A stretch of 64,000 bases of DNA from contig JAZJZE010000001.1 of the NCBI GenBank assembly GCA_040390065.1, forward strand, positions 294,718-358,717. Reading direction: 5' to 3'. The DNA is from a bacterium (lineage in GTDB: Archaea; Thermoplasmatota; E2; JACPAO01; JAHFTW01). This document shows positions 29,056 to 37,982 of this stretch, in pieces (the first letter of the stretch is position 1; the number at the start of each line of letters is the position of its first letter). Below the pieces are notes generated by a model. That model made no database searches, was not told where the DNA came from, and saw only the letters and a list, made by a program, of their open reading frames with translations. Both the position numbers and the translations under genes were made by a program.

Positions 29056-30678
29056 ATGGCCAACCCACAGACGATCAAGAGCTTCGAGAAGACGTACGGC
29101 TTCGACCACGACACCGCCAGCCGCCTGGCGGACGTCTTCACGGTCACGCAGGCCAAATCCGCGGACAAGAAGAAGTTCATGGACGCGGGCTTCACCGGCA
29201 ACGAGGTCGAGAGCATCATGCTCAAACTCTCGAAGGGCAAGCGCGATGCAGCTGCCCGCCGTGTGCGCAAGGTCGCCGTCGAGGACACGCGTGACTACGA
29301 GACGTACGAGGCCAAGGCCGAGACCCGCGACCCGGCGAAGCTCAAGAAGGACCAGTTCCTGATTGCGCACCTTGCCGAGTCGAAGCACGAACTGCCGCAG
29401 CGCATCGTGCGCAAGATCGTGGATGGCAGCCTGGAGCGCGGCTTCTCCGATGCGCAACTCAAGATGGCCGCGGACATCGCGCTTGCCGAATACGGCCACG
29501 CCGTCGTCGACGCCACCGAGGCCTGCGGCATCGTCGGCGCCCAATCCATCGGTGAGCCGGGCACGCAGATGACCATGCGTACCTTCCACTTCGCCGGTGT
29601 CGCCGAGATCAACGTCACCCTGGGCCTGCCGCGCCTCATCGAGATCGTGGACGCGCGCCGCACGCCGTCGACGCCGACCATGACCATCTACCTGAAGAAG
29701 GCCATCAAGGCGGACCGCACGGAGGCGACCCGCATCGCGAACCAGATCGAGACCACGTCCCTGAAGGACATCGCCGCCGTCGAAGCCGACCTCGGCACGC
29801 TCGAGATCCGCGTCCTGCCCGACGCCGAGAAGATGGCGGAGAAGGACATTTCGCATGACGACGTCCTTGCCGCCGTGAACTCGGTGCGCCGCATCACGGC
29901 CGCCTCCGAGGAGTCCAAGAAGAAGGACGCCAAGATCGCCGTCAAGCTGACGGAGCCCAACTTCAAGAACCTGCAGAAGGCCGTCGAGGACCTGAAGCGC
30001 GTCAAGGTGAAGGGCATCGACGGTATCTCCCGCCTGGTCATCCGCCGCGACGACGCCGAGCAGGGCTACATCCTATTCACGGAGGGCAGCAACCTGGCCG
30101 CCATCCTGGAGATTCCGGGCATCGACCACAGCCGCGTGCAGACGAACGACATCCTGCAGATCCAGGACCAGCTCGGCATCGAGGCCGCACGCCAAGCCAT
30201 CATGGACGAGGCGTTCGGCACCCTGAAAGGCCAAGGTCTCCAAGTCGACCTGCGGCACCTCATGCTCGTCGCCGACGTCATGACCGCCGACGGCGAAGTG
30301 AAGGCCATCGGCCGCCAAGGTGTCTCGGGACAGAAGTCGTCGATCCTCGCCCGCGCCGCGTTCGAGATCACGGTCGACCACCTGCTGCAAGCCGGCATGA
30401 TCGGCGAGATCGACCCCCTGAACGGCGTCGCCGAGAACATCATCGTCGGCCAGCCCGTCAACCTGGGCACCGGCGCCGTGCGCCTGGCGATGGACACGGT
30501 CAAACTCGCAAAGCTCGTCAAGACCATGCCCAAGCCGGTCTCGACCGTGCCCGTGCAGCAAGAATCTCCGGAACTGTCGCTGGAGGGTGAAGCGGGCCCC
30601 GAGTTCGCGGAATCCGCCGCCCCAGAATCCACCGAAGAGCCCGCGCCCGACGCCGGCAAGAAAGACGAGGAGGCCTAA
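29056..30678 (+). CDS. rpoA2: RNA polymerase subunit A'' (Rpo1C) with N-terminal extension
   Basis: [45 protein letters not shown]. Confidence 0.97.
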   Translation: MANPQTIKSFEKTYGFDHDTASRLADVFTVTQAKSADKKKFMDAGFTGNEVESIMLKLSKGKRDAAARRVRKVAVEDTRDYETYEAKAETRDPAKLKKDQFLIAHLAESKHELPQRIVRKIVDGSLERGFSDAQLKMAADIALAEYGHAVVDATEACGIVGAQSIGEPGTQMTMRTFHFAGVAEINVTLGLPRLIEIVDARRTPSTPTMTIYLKKAIKADRTEATRIANQIETTSLKDIAAVEADLGTLEIRVLPDAEKMAEKDISHDDVLAAVNSVRRITAASEESKKKDAKIAVKLTEPNFKNLQKAVEDLKRVKVKGIDGISRLVIRRDDAEQGYILFTEGSNLAAILEIPGIDHSRVQTNDILQIQDQLGIEAARQAIMDEAFGTLKGQGLQVDLRHLMLVADVMTADGEVKAIGRQGVSGQKSSILARAAFEITVDHLLQAGMIGEIDPLNGVAENIIVGQPVNLGTGAVRLAMDTVKLAKLVKTMPKPVSTVPVQQESPELSLEGEAGPEFAESAAPESTEEPAPDAGKKDEEA

Positions 30679-30680
30679 CC

Positions 30681-30971
30681 ATGGACGTACAACGCAGCCT
30701 GAGAACCGTCATCGCGACCGGCAAGGTCCTGATCGGAGCCGACCAAACCGCCAAGGCGGTGATGCAGGGGAAGGCCAAGATGGTCATCCTCTCGTCGAAC
30801 GCACCCAACGCCGAAGCCCTGCGCGCGGCAGCGGTCAAGGCGCGCGTGCCCGTCTACGCCTTCGAGGGCGGCGGCATGCAGCTCGGCCCCGCGTGCGGCA
30901 AGCCGTTCTCCATTTCGGCCCTGGCGATTCTCGAGCCGGGCGAATCCGACGTCATGCAACTCGGCAAGTAG
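30681..30971 (+). CDS. rpl30e: 50S ribosomal protein L30e
   Basis: TGKVLIG…LGPACGKPF…ILEPGESD. Confidence 0.96.
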   Translation: MDVQRSLRTVIATGKVLIGADQTAKAVMQGKAKMVILSSNAPNAEALRAAAVKARVPVYAFEGGGMQLGPACGKPFSISALAILEPGESDVMQLGK

Positions 30972-30991
30972 TTGGTTCCTCCACCTCCCGA

Positions 30992-31415
30992 CTGGAACAC
31001 CGATTCCACAGAACCTCGAGGCTGAAGGCTCAAGCGGCTCTGGGCCTGTTGCCTCGTGGATCGGCCAGAATTCCACAGATGCACTGCCACCGACGCTCGC
31101 CGTCAGCGCAGGAAGTTCAACTGGGAAATTCTGGGGGGCGCCAGTCGAGCGAAGGCGAAACCGGCTCCAGCGTGGCCCAGAGAATTTCTGTGAAATCTGT
31201 GTTTGCCCGAGCCTGGAACACAGATTCCACAGAACCTCGGAGCTCAAAGATCAACAGACTGTTGACAATTTGCCTCATGGATCGGCCAGAATTCCACAGA
31301 TGCACTGGCACCGACGCTCGCCGTCAGCGCAGGAAGTTCATCTGGGAAATTCTGGTGCCAGGGGATAACGATTGCTTCAGAGAGTTCTGCGAAATCTGTG
31401 TCAAGCCCGGGGCCC
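30992..31415. repeat. Two tandem ~200-221 bp nested-palindrome (MITE/REP-like) units
   Basis: Units start at 30992 and 31213; 86-bp core 31049-31134 vs 31270-31355 with 3 mismatches; terminal IR cacagattccacagaa / ttctgtgaaatctgtg. Confidence 0.88.
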
Positions 31416-31498
31416 GGCCCAACCCCAAGCCTCATGTGGACGATTCCTGTCGCATCACCGTAGGCGAAAGCCTGCGCCCTTCCCCGAGTTGACCCCCT

Positions 31499-31978
31499 TT
31501 GTCTGACCTTTCTCTCAACATGGAAGCCATCGGCCTCATCGCCGAAGCCGAGAAACGCCTGCGGGCCCGCATCAAGGACGCCGTCGACGAAGGCGAACGC
31601 ATCGTCTTCATCACCGAGAAGGGCCACCTCGGCCAAGCCCTCGGCAAGGAAGCAAAGAACCTCGCGATGATGCGCGAACTTCTCAAGAAGGACGTCAAGT
31701 TCGTCGAGTGGGACGAGGACAAGCAAGTCTTCATCCGCAACCTGTTCAAGCCGTTCGACGTCGCCTCCATCCGCATGGAAACGCTGACGGTCACGCCACC
31801 CGTGGACCCGAACAACCCGGATGCCCCGGCGCCGGAGCCCAAACTCAAGATCCGCGCCATCGTCGAGGTCGAAGCCAAGGACAAGGGCAAGGCCATCGGC
31901 AAGCAAGGCCGCAACATCGCCTCGATCCGGCACATCGCGAAGCGGCACCACGAAATCGATGAGGTCCAGGTCATCTGA
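31499..31978 (+). CDS. nusA: Archaeal transcription factor NusA (2 KH domains)
   Basis: GQALGKEAKN and KGKAIGKQGRNI KH loops; position after rpl30e. Confidence 0.93.
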   Translation: MSDLSLNMEAIGLIAEAEKRLRARIKDAVDEGERIVFITEKGHLGQALGKEAKNLAMMRELLKKDVKFVEWDEDKQVFIRNLFKPFDVASIRMETLTVTPPVDPNNPDAPAPEPKLKIRAIVEVEAKDKGKAIGKQGRNIASIRHIAKRHHEIDEVQVI

Positions 31979-32103
31979 TGCGCGCAGCGCCAGATGTACC
32001 CGCCTCATCGGTTTCAGCGAGCCGAGCAAAGCGATGGCGAGCGGACGCTGCCGCTGCGCTTGCGCGGCCGCCGAGGGAGATCGACGAAGTGCAAGTGATT
32101 TGA
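31979..32103 (+). repeat. 125-bp insert at the nusA 3' end (mirror copy, hairpins, synonymously recoded direct copy)
   Basis: 31991-32015 is an inverted copy of 31952-31977; 32077-32103 GAG ATC GAC GAA GTG CAA GTG ATT TGA encodes EIDEVQVI*, like the nusA end. Confidence 0.85.
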
Positions 32104-32558
32104 TGCAGCCCTCGTGGGCCGGCCGAATCCGACTTCGAACCCGGTGGGGCGTCGTGATTCTTCCAGCGTTGGTCGTTGTGCTCGGCCTGGTCGTGCTCGT
32201 GGTGAGGCCAGGCGCGGCGGCGCTGCAGTTGATGGCAATGGACCTGGTCGTCGCCGGCCTGTTCGTCTTCCTCATGTGGTGGAAGGGCTCGGCGCGCATC
32301 CAATTGGACGCGTCAGGCATTCTCCGTTCGCAGTGGCTTCGTCGCGACCAGTTGATTCCGTGGACAAGCGTCGCGCGCATCGAGCCGATACTGATGCGAG
32401 GCATCTACCTCAACCTCACATTCCATGGCCAGAATCCGCCCGTGTCGCTGAATGTTCCGTTCTTCCGTTGCTCGCTAGCTGATCGGCAGCGCCTGCTTCA
32501 GGCTTGTGAGGAGAAGGGCTTGGCCGAGCGCTTCGACGAGTGGAACATCCGCTTCTGA
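32103..32558 (+). CDS. Small membrane protein, 2 TM plus PH-like domain
   Basis: Two TM helices then IQLDASGI…IPWTSVARI pattern; ATG overlaps the recoded nusA-like TGA. Confidence 0.65.
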   Translation: MQPSWAGRIRLRTRWGVVILPALVVVLGLVVLVVRPGAAALQLMAMDLVVAGLFVFLMWWKGSARIQLDASGILRSQWLRRDQLIPWTSVARIEPILMRGIYLNLTFHGQNPPVSLNVPFFRCSLADRQRLLQACEEKGLAERFDEWNIRF

Positions 32559-32568
32559 CTGTTCCAGA

Positions 32569-32770
32569 GCGGGCAGGCGGCGGGCATTTGGGGCCGTGCC
32601 GCATCGCCCGTATGCTCGTCGGCTCCACGCGATGCGTGATGGCCTAGTTGTCGCAGAGGTCCGCGAAAACAGGAAATTTTACCCACCTCCCCGACGGGGA
32701 AGTCGTCTCCTTCGTCGTGGAGCTCACGAGCATACCAACGGGGCGAAGTTCCCTCCATCCAGCCGCCCGC
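32569..32770. repeat. Long imperfect inverted repeat (~200 bp stem-loop)
   Basis: tcgcccg-tatgctcgt-cg-gctccacg (32604-32629) pairs with cgtggagc-tc-acgagcatac-caa-cggggcga (32716-32746); outer gcgggc / gcccgc arms. Confidence 0.7.
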
Positions 32771-32790
32771 GTTCCTCTCCCAGAAGTCTT

Positions 32791-33021
32791 ATGCCCGTGC
32801 AAGCCGAATCCAAGGGCGTGCACTTGAAGGTCGTCCTGGAGCCGAGTGAGGAGGGTGGCTACACCGTCACCGTCCCTGCCCTTCCAGGATGCATCAGTGA
32901 AGGAAACACGAAAGCGGCGGCCCTGCGCAACATCAAGCAAGCCGTCGCGCTATACCTCCAAGACGTCCCTGCAGACGCGAACCATTCGCGCAGGGCCGTC
33001 ATCGAGGAGATTGTCGTTTGA
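32791..33021 (+). CDS. hicB: HicB-family antitoxin (short form)
   Basis: EEGGYTVTVPALPGCISEGNT…ALRNIKQAVALYL. Confidence 0.92.
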   Translation: MPVQAESKGVHLKVVLEPSEEGGYTVTVPALPGCISEGNTKAAALRNIKQAVALYLQDVPADANHSRRAVIEEIVV

Positions 33022-33323
33022 AGGTCCCGTCCCTGGATTACGACCGTCTGGTCCGGGCGCTGCAGCGTGATGGATGGGTCGTCGTCCGGCAACGCGGCAG
33101 CCACATCCGGATGCAACGGCAGCTTGGCGATGACGTGCAGAAGTTGACCGTGCCGGCGCACAAGCCTTTGAAGCGGTCGACGCTTGCTGCAATACTCAAG
33201 GCGGCGGACTTGGGTGTCGAGCGCCTTCGCGGATTGCTCCGAATCGGTGCGTTTCTGGCTCACGACTTCTTCTTGAACCGCGCCGCGTCCTCGCTCCCTT
33301 TCGTCGCATTTCCCGCACTGTAG
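33018..33323 (+). CDS. hicA: HicA-family mRNA interferase toxin (C-terminus extended into fdh)
   Basis: GWVVVRQRGSHIRM…LTVPAH…LKRSTLAAILK; TTGA overlap with hicB. Confidence 0.88.
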   Translation: MKVPSLDYDRLVRALQRDGWVVVRQRGSHIRMQRQLGDDVQKLTVPAHKPLKRSTLAAILKAADLGVERLRGLLRIGAFLAHDFFLNRAASSLPFVAFPAL

Positions 33324-34465
33324 GCGTGCGCCCCTGCGCCCGCGAGCCTTCCCTTGTCAACGATGAGATATTCCGTGCGGATGGGCTTTTTCGCGAACCA
33401 ACACTCGAGGATCTCCCGCACGCCGTCGGAGTAGCGCGTCTGCGCCGACAGGCTCGTGCCTGAGACGTGTGGCGTCATGCCGTGGTGTGGCATCGTGCGC
33501 CATGGGTGGTCCTGCGGCGCCGGCTGCGGGAACCAGACGTCGCCGGCGTACCCTGCGAGTTGTCCCGACTTGAGCGCGGCGGCCACGGCGTCCCTGTTTG
33601 CGATCTTTCCCCGCGCCGTGTTGACGAGGTAAGCGCCGCGCTTCATCTTCTTGATCATCTTGGCGTCGAAGAGGTTCTCCGTCTCGGGGTGCAGTGGCGT
33701 GTTGATGGTGATGACGTCGCAGACGGCCACCATGTCGGCCACGGATTCGTGGTACGTCAGACCCAATTCCTTCTCCACGGCCGGCGGCAGGCGGTGCCGC
33801 TCGGTGTAATGGAGTCCGACGTCGAAGGGCTTGAGTCGCCGCAGCACCGCAGAACCGATGCGGCCGGCGCCCACCGTGCCAATCTGCATCCCCTCCACGT
33901 CGTACGACCGCGAGACAGCATCGGCGATGTTCCAACCGCCGTCGACCACGATCTTGTACGACGGGATGTAGTCGCGCACGAGGGCGAGGATCATCATGAC
34001 TACGTGCTCGGCAACGCTGATGCTGTTGCTGTAGCTCACCTCGGCGACCGTGACGCCGCGGCCCGCCGCTGCCTGCAAGTCCGTGTGGTCGGAGCCGATG
34101 CCGGCCGTGATCACGAGCTTCAGTTTCTTCGCCTTGGCAAAACGCTCCGCCGTCATGTACGCCGGCCAGAACGGCTGCGAGATCACGACGTCCGCGTCCA
34201 CGAGTTCCTTGTCGAAGCGCGAACCGACGCCGTCCTTGTCCGACGTCACGACCAACTTGTGGCCCGCTTTCTCCAGGTATTTTCGTAGTCCGAGAGCGCC
34301 GGACACGCAACCCAGGAGGTCACCCGGATTGAAGTCCCGGCCCTTTGGCGACGGCGTCTTCGCGCCGCCCGGATACGACTTGATCTCGGGAATGCCATCG
34401 CGGGCATACTGTGGCGGATAGCCGGCCACCGGGTCATCGTACAGCACGCAGAGAATCTTGGCCAT
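33260..34465 (-). CDS. fdh: NAD-dependent formate dehydrogenase (Pseudomonas FDH type)
   Basis: MAKILCVLYDDP, SQPFWPAY, TAGIGSDH, GAGRIG, NTARGK, GDVWFPQPAP, MTPHVSG; GGAGG SD. Confidence 0.96.
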   Translation of the reverse strand: MAKILCVLYDDPVAGYPPQYARDGIPEIKSYPGGAKTPSPKGRDFNPGDLLGCVSGALGLRKYLEKAGHKLVVTSDKDGVGSRFDKELVDADVVISQPFWPAYMTAERFAKAKKLKLVITAGIGSDHTDLQAAAGRGVTVAEVSYSNSISVAEHVVMMILALVRDYIPSYKIVVDGGWNIADAVSRSYDVEGMQIGTVGAGRIGSAVLRRLKPFDVGLHYTERHRLPPAVEKELGLTYHESVADMVAVCDVITINTPLHPETENLFDAKMIKKMKRGAYLVNTARGKIANRDAVAAALKSGQLAGYAGDVWFPQPAPQDHPWRTMPHHGMTPHVSGTSLSAQTRYSDGVREILECWFAKKPIRTEYLIVDKGRLAGAGAHAYSAGNATKGSEDAARFKKKS

Positions 34466-34715
34466 CGCTTGTCCTCCGACCTGGCCCGATTCGGCGTGGC
34501 GTTGAAGGGCTTTGGGGGCCGACCGGGCCTGCCATGACGGTCGGACTCCGTGCTGGACGGCCATGGCCGGCCAAGCACGTCCATGGACGTCTTGACAGGA
34601 AATGACCCCTCCCCCGCCTCCAGCTTGTCCTCTTGAGCACCCCGCCAGGACCCAAATTTCCGATGGAAACCGCTAAGACCTACCTGCCCCCGTTGGCGGG
34701 TTCTGGAGCCTTGCA

Positions 34716-35948
34716 ATGGCCATCGATTCAGGCGACACCGCGTTCATGCTGGTCGCCACCGCTCTCGTCATGCTCATGACCGCCGGTTTGGCGTTCTTCT
34801 ACGGTGGCCTCGTGCGCTCGAAGAACGTGCTCACCATCAAGATGCAGAGCTTTGCCGCTCTCGGCGTCGTGGGGGCCGTCTGGGCGCTCATCGGTTACAC
34901 GTTGGCGTTCGGTCCGGACTGGCACGGCCTCATCGGCGGTTTGCAGTTCGCGGGCTTGCGCGACGTCGGCATGGAGCCGGGCCCGATGTTTGGCCCCGGG
35001 GTTCCAGGGTCGACGATTCCGCACGAGATTTTCATGGCGTTCCAGATGATGTTCGCCATCATCACGCCAGCGCTCATCTCCGGTGCCTTCGCCTACCGCA
35101 TGAAGTTCTCCAGCTACATCGCCTTCGCCGTGGTTTGGCTTCTCCTCGTCTACGTGCCGCTTGCGCACTGGATCTGGGGCGGCGGCTGGCTGGCGCAGCA
35201 GGGCGTCATCGACTTTGCTGGCGGCTACGTCGTGCACATGAGTGCCGGCTTCGCGGCGCTTGCGTGCGTCTTCGTTTTCCGGCCACGCAACATCCCGGCC
35301 GGCGAGAACGCCGCGCCGCACAACGTGCCGTTCGTGGCTCTCGGTGCCGGCCTCCTGTGGTTCGGCTGGTTCGGCTTCAACGCGGGGTCTGCGCTTGCGG
35401 CCAACGGCATCGCAGCGAACGCCTTCGTCACCACCATGCTGGGCGGCTCCTTTGGGATGCTCTCGTGGATGGCGCTCAACTGGTGGGTCGACGGCAAGCC
35501 CAGCGCCTCCGGCGCCGTGACTGGTGCCGTTGCGGGCCTTGCTACCATCACTCCGGCAAGCGGCTACGTCGCGCCGTGGGCGGCAATGGTCATCGGCGTT
35601 CTTGCCGGCAGCATCTGCCTTGCCGCCACGAAGTTCCGCGGCCGCCGCAAGTGGGACGATGCATTGGACGTGTGGGCCTGCCATGGTGTGGGCGGCACGA
35701 TTGGCGTCATCGCGACGGGTGTCTTTGCTTCGGGCGCAATCAATGGCCAAGTCGGGTTGCTCGAGGGGGGGACGAAATTGCTCCTCGTGCAAGTCGGGGC
35801 TGCCCTGTTCGTCGCGGCGTACTCGTTCTGGGTCACGTACTTGGTGCTGCACGTCATGAAGCTCATCCGCCCCATCCAGGCGTCGGAGGCCGAGGAGATG
35901 GGCAGCCGCGACATGCAGGAACACGCAGAGGCGGCATACCAGTTCTGA
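34716..35948 (+). CDS. amt: Ammonium transporter Amt
   Basis: GDTAFML, FQMMFAIIT, DFAGGYVVHMSAG, LWFGWFGFNAGS, DDALDVWACHG. Confidence 0.96.
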   Translation: MAIDSGDTAFMLVATALVMLMTAGLAFFYGGLVRSKNVLTIKMQSFAALGVVGAVWALIGYTLAFGPDWHGLIGGLQFAGLRDVGMEPGPMFGPGVPGSTIPHEIFMAFQMMFAIITPALISGAFAYRMKFSSYIAFAVVWLLLVYVPLAHWIWGGGWLAQQGVIDFAGGYVVHMSAGFAALACVFVFRPRNIPAGENAAPHNVPFVALGAGLLWFGWFGFNAGSALAANGIAANAFVTTMLGGSFGMLSWMALNWWVDGKPSASGAVTGAVAGLATITPASGYVAPWAAMVIGVLAGSICLAATKFRGRRKWDDALDVWACHGVGGTIGVIATGVFASGAINGQVGLLEGGTKLLLVQVGAALFVAAYSFWVTYLVLHVMKLIRPIQASEAEEMGSRDMQEHAEAAYQF

Positions 35949-35982
35949 CGCCGCCGCAGCGCTGCGTATCGCGCGGTGGCCG

Positions 35983-37956
35983 TCACGACCCGAGCGTTTG
36001 CCGCCAGATCGTGTACGCCTCGGCGAGTAGGCCGTGGCCCTGCGACCTGGACCACACCCGCACGTATTGGTGGCCGTCTAGTCCTGCGCCATCGCCGCGC
36101 ACGACGACCCAGTCCGTCCTCTCGAGGCCCGTCGCCTGCGGCTCGTAGAGCACGGTGTGGTTGCGTTGGGTGCCGTCGTGCGTGATGGCGAAATAGTAGC
36201 GGTACACGTCGTTGTCGCCGACGAAGGTGAGCGAGTCGCCGTCGTGCACCATGGGCCCGAGGGCATCGGCGACCTCGGTGTTGAGCGGCCGGTTCGGCAG
36301 CGTGTAGTACACGGATCCGACGAGCAGGATGGCGAACGTCATGCCGATTGCGACCCAGGTGGCTTTGCTGCGTGGTGCGTGGCGCATGACCAGCCACGAC
36401 AGGGGGACGATTGCAAACGACACGTAGCGCACGTTGTGGATGAAGAAGTCGCGTTCGTACATCCATAGCGCGGCGTCGATGACGACGGTGAGAAGGAGCG
36501 GTAGGGTGATGGCAAGCCAAAGCCCGGAGTCGTGTTCGGAGGCAAGGCGCGGGATGCGGCGCAGTTGCGGCAGCCAGGGCAGCACCGCCATGAAGACGAG
36601 GTACCCGAGGCCGAACATGACGATGAAGGAATAGACCGTCATGCGCAGCCACAGTGTCGGATGGGCAAACGCGTTGGCGTACGCGGCGTCGAGGTGTGTG
36701 CTCGTGCTGAGGGATGCAAACAGTTCCCAGTTGCGCCATGCCCAGGCCGCGACCATGGCCGCGAAGATGGCAATGGCCCCGATGTAGGCCGGGTCACGCA
36801 GGACCTTCCATCCTTTCCAGTACAGGCGCCAGGCGAGGCCGCCGAGTCCGGCGACGATGAAGAAGTAGCCCATGGACGACTTCGTCAGGTATCCGAGCCC
36901 GGCGAAGACGGCGCCCACGATGATGAAGCGCGGCTTCTCCAGGCTCTTGAGGATGGCCCACATGGCCAGGACGAACAGGGCGAGGAGCAGGTTCTCGGCG
37001 TACGCCTTGTTCGTCGTCATGATGAGGACTGGCGACAGGGACACGAGGGCGGCGGCGATGAGCCCCTTCGTCTTGCCGTACAGGTCCTTCGTGCACAGGT
37101 AGGTGACGGCAAGGGCGGCGAATGCGAGCACGAAGGCCGCGAGGCGCGTCGTCGCGACCGAGAACCCGAACACCTTGTAGAAGCCGGCCAAAAGTGCGGG
37201 ATAAAGCGGCGGGAAGTGATGCGAGTACTGCAGCCCGGTGCCCGGGGAGTACACATCGCCCCAAGGCATGAGAAACTCGCCGTTGTGGTTGAGGGCGTCC
37301 GCCATCGCGGCGTACCGGCTTGCGTCCGGTCCGATGGCCCAGGTCCAGATGCCCGGGAGGCGTAGCAGCGCCCCCAAGCCGATGAGTCCCCACAGGACGC
37401 GCGTGTTGCCCCAAAGCCTTCGGTCCGCCCATGACGTGACGGGGCCGCAGAACGGAATCGTGACCCCGGGCGGCACGGAATCAGGCTCCAGGAGGGCATG
37501 CAGGACGAGTCCGCCAAGGATGGCAATCCATGCCCAGGCGAAGCCGAAAGCGGCGCCAATCGCGCTGTTCGCGACCGTGTCGGCGCCAGTCACGGCTGGC
37601 GCAGCCCCAAGCAAGGCGCCGAGGAGGGCCCAGGCAGCCGCCCGCGGCGCAGAGCAGCGAGCGCGCCAGGCCAGAATCGTGGCGAGGCTGACGCCGAGGG
37701 CAGCCGCCAGGTCGCCGACGCCGCCGATGAGGGGAAATGGCGGACCGACCGGGTACGTCATCGGATACCGGATGTGGAACCGCGTCAGGACACCGAACAG
37801 GCCCGGGCCGGCAAGCAGGGCCGTGAAAGCGTGGCGCCAGCGCCCCCCTACGGCGGCGACGCCGAAGACGATGAGGAACGCCAGGAGGAGGATGGTGACG
37901 CTCGAGGCCCAACCGGCCAGCGCGGCAAGCGGGGCCGGCAGCAAGGGCGTCGTCAC
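35983..37956 (-). CDS. ArnT/PMT-like (GT-C fold) glycosyltransferase
   Basis: DASRY, HFPPLYP, LTK motifs, many TM helices; extra N-terminal membrane region. Confidence 0.8.
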   Translation of the reverse strand: MTTPLLPAPLAALAGWASSVTILLLAFLIVFGVAAVGGRWRHAFTALLAGPGLFGVLTRFHIRYPMTYPVGPPFPLIGGVGDLAAALGVSLATILAWRARCSAPRAAAWALLGALLGAAPAVTGADTVANSAIGAAFGFAWAWIAILGGLVLHALLEPDSVPPGVTIPFCGPVTSWADRRLWGNTRVLWGLIGLGALLRLPGIWTWAIGPDASRYAAMADALNHNGEFLMPWGDVYSPGTGLQYSHHFPPLYPALLAGFYKVFGFSVATTRLAAFVLAFAALAVTYLCTKDLYGKTKGLIAAALVSLSPVLIMTTNKAYAENLLLALFVLAMWAILKSLEKPRFIIVGAVFAGLGYLTKSSMGYFFIVAGLGGLAWRLYWKGWKVLRDPAYIGAIAIFAAMVAAWAWRNWELFASLSTSTHLDAAYANAFAHPTLWLRMTVYSFIVMFGLGYLVFMAVLPWLPQLRRIPRLASEHDSGLWLAITLPLLLTVVIDAALWMYERDFFIHNVRYVSFAIVPLSWLVMRHAPRSKATWVAIGMTFAILLVGSVYYTLPNRPLNTEVADALGPMVHDGDSLTFVGDNDVYRYYFAITHDGTQRNHTVLYEPQATGLERTDWVVVRGDGAGLDGHQYVRVWSRSQGHGLLAEAYTIWRQTLGS

Positions 37957-37982
37957 GTCAAGCGGCCAAATCCGGCCGCGCC

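Noticed and set aside
22520-29856. Long antisense ORFs (557-610 aa) opposite rpoB/rpoA, and similar ones opposite ftsY and others
   Set aside because: Shadow frames expected from strong GC3 codon bias; no recognisable motifs
22949-30678. Unsplit RpoB and long RpoA'' as novelties
   Set aside because: Expected for Thermoplasmatota-type polymerases; useful for taxonomy only
31112-31130. EVQLGN resembling the L30e C-terminus (MQLGK)
   Set aside because: A three-residue match inside a palindrome arm; likely chance
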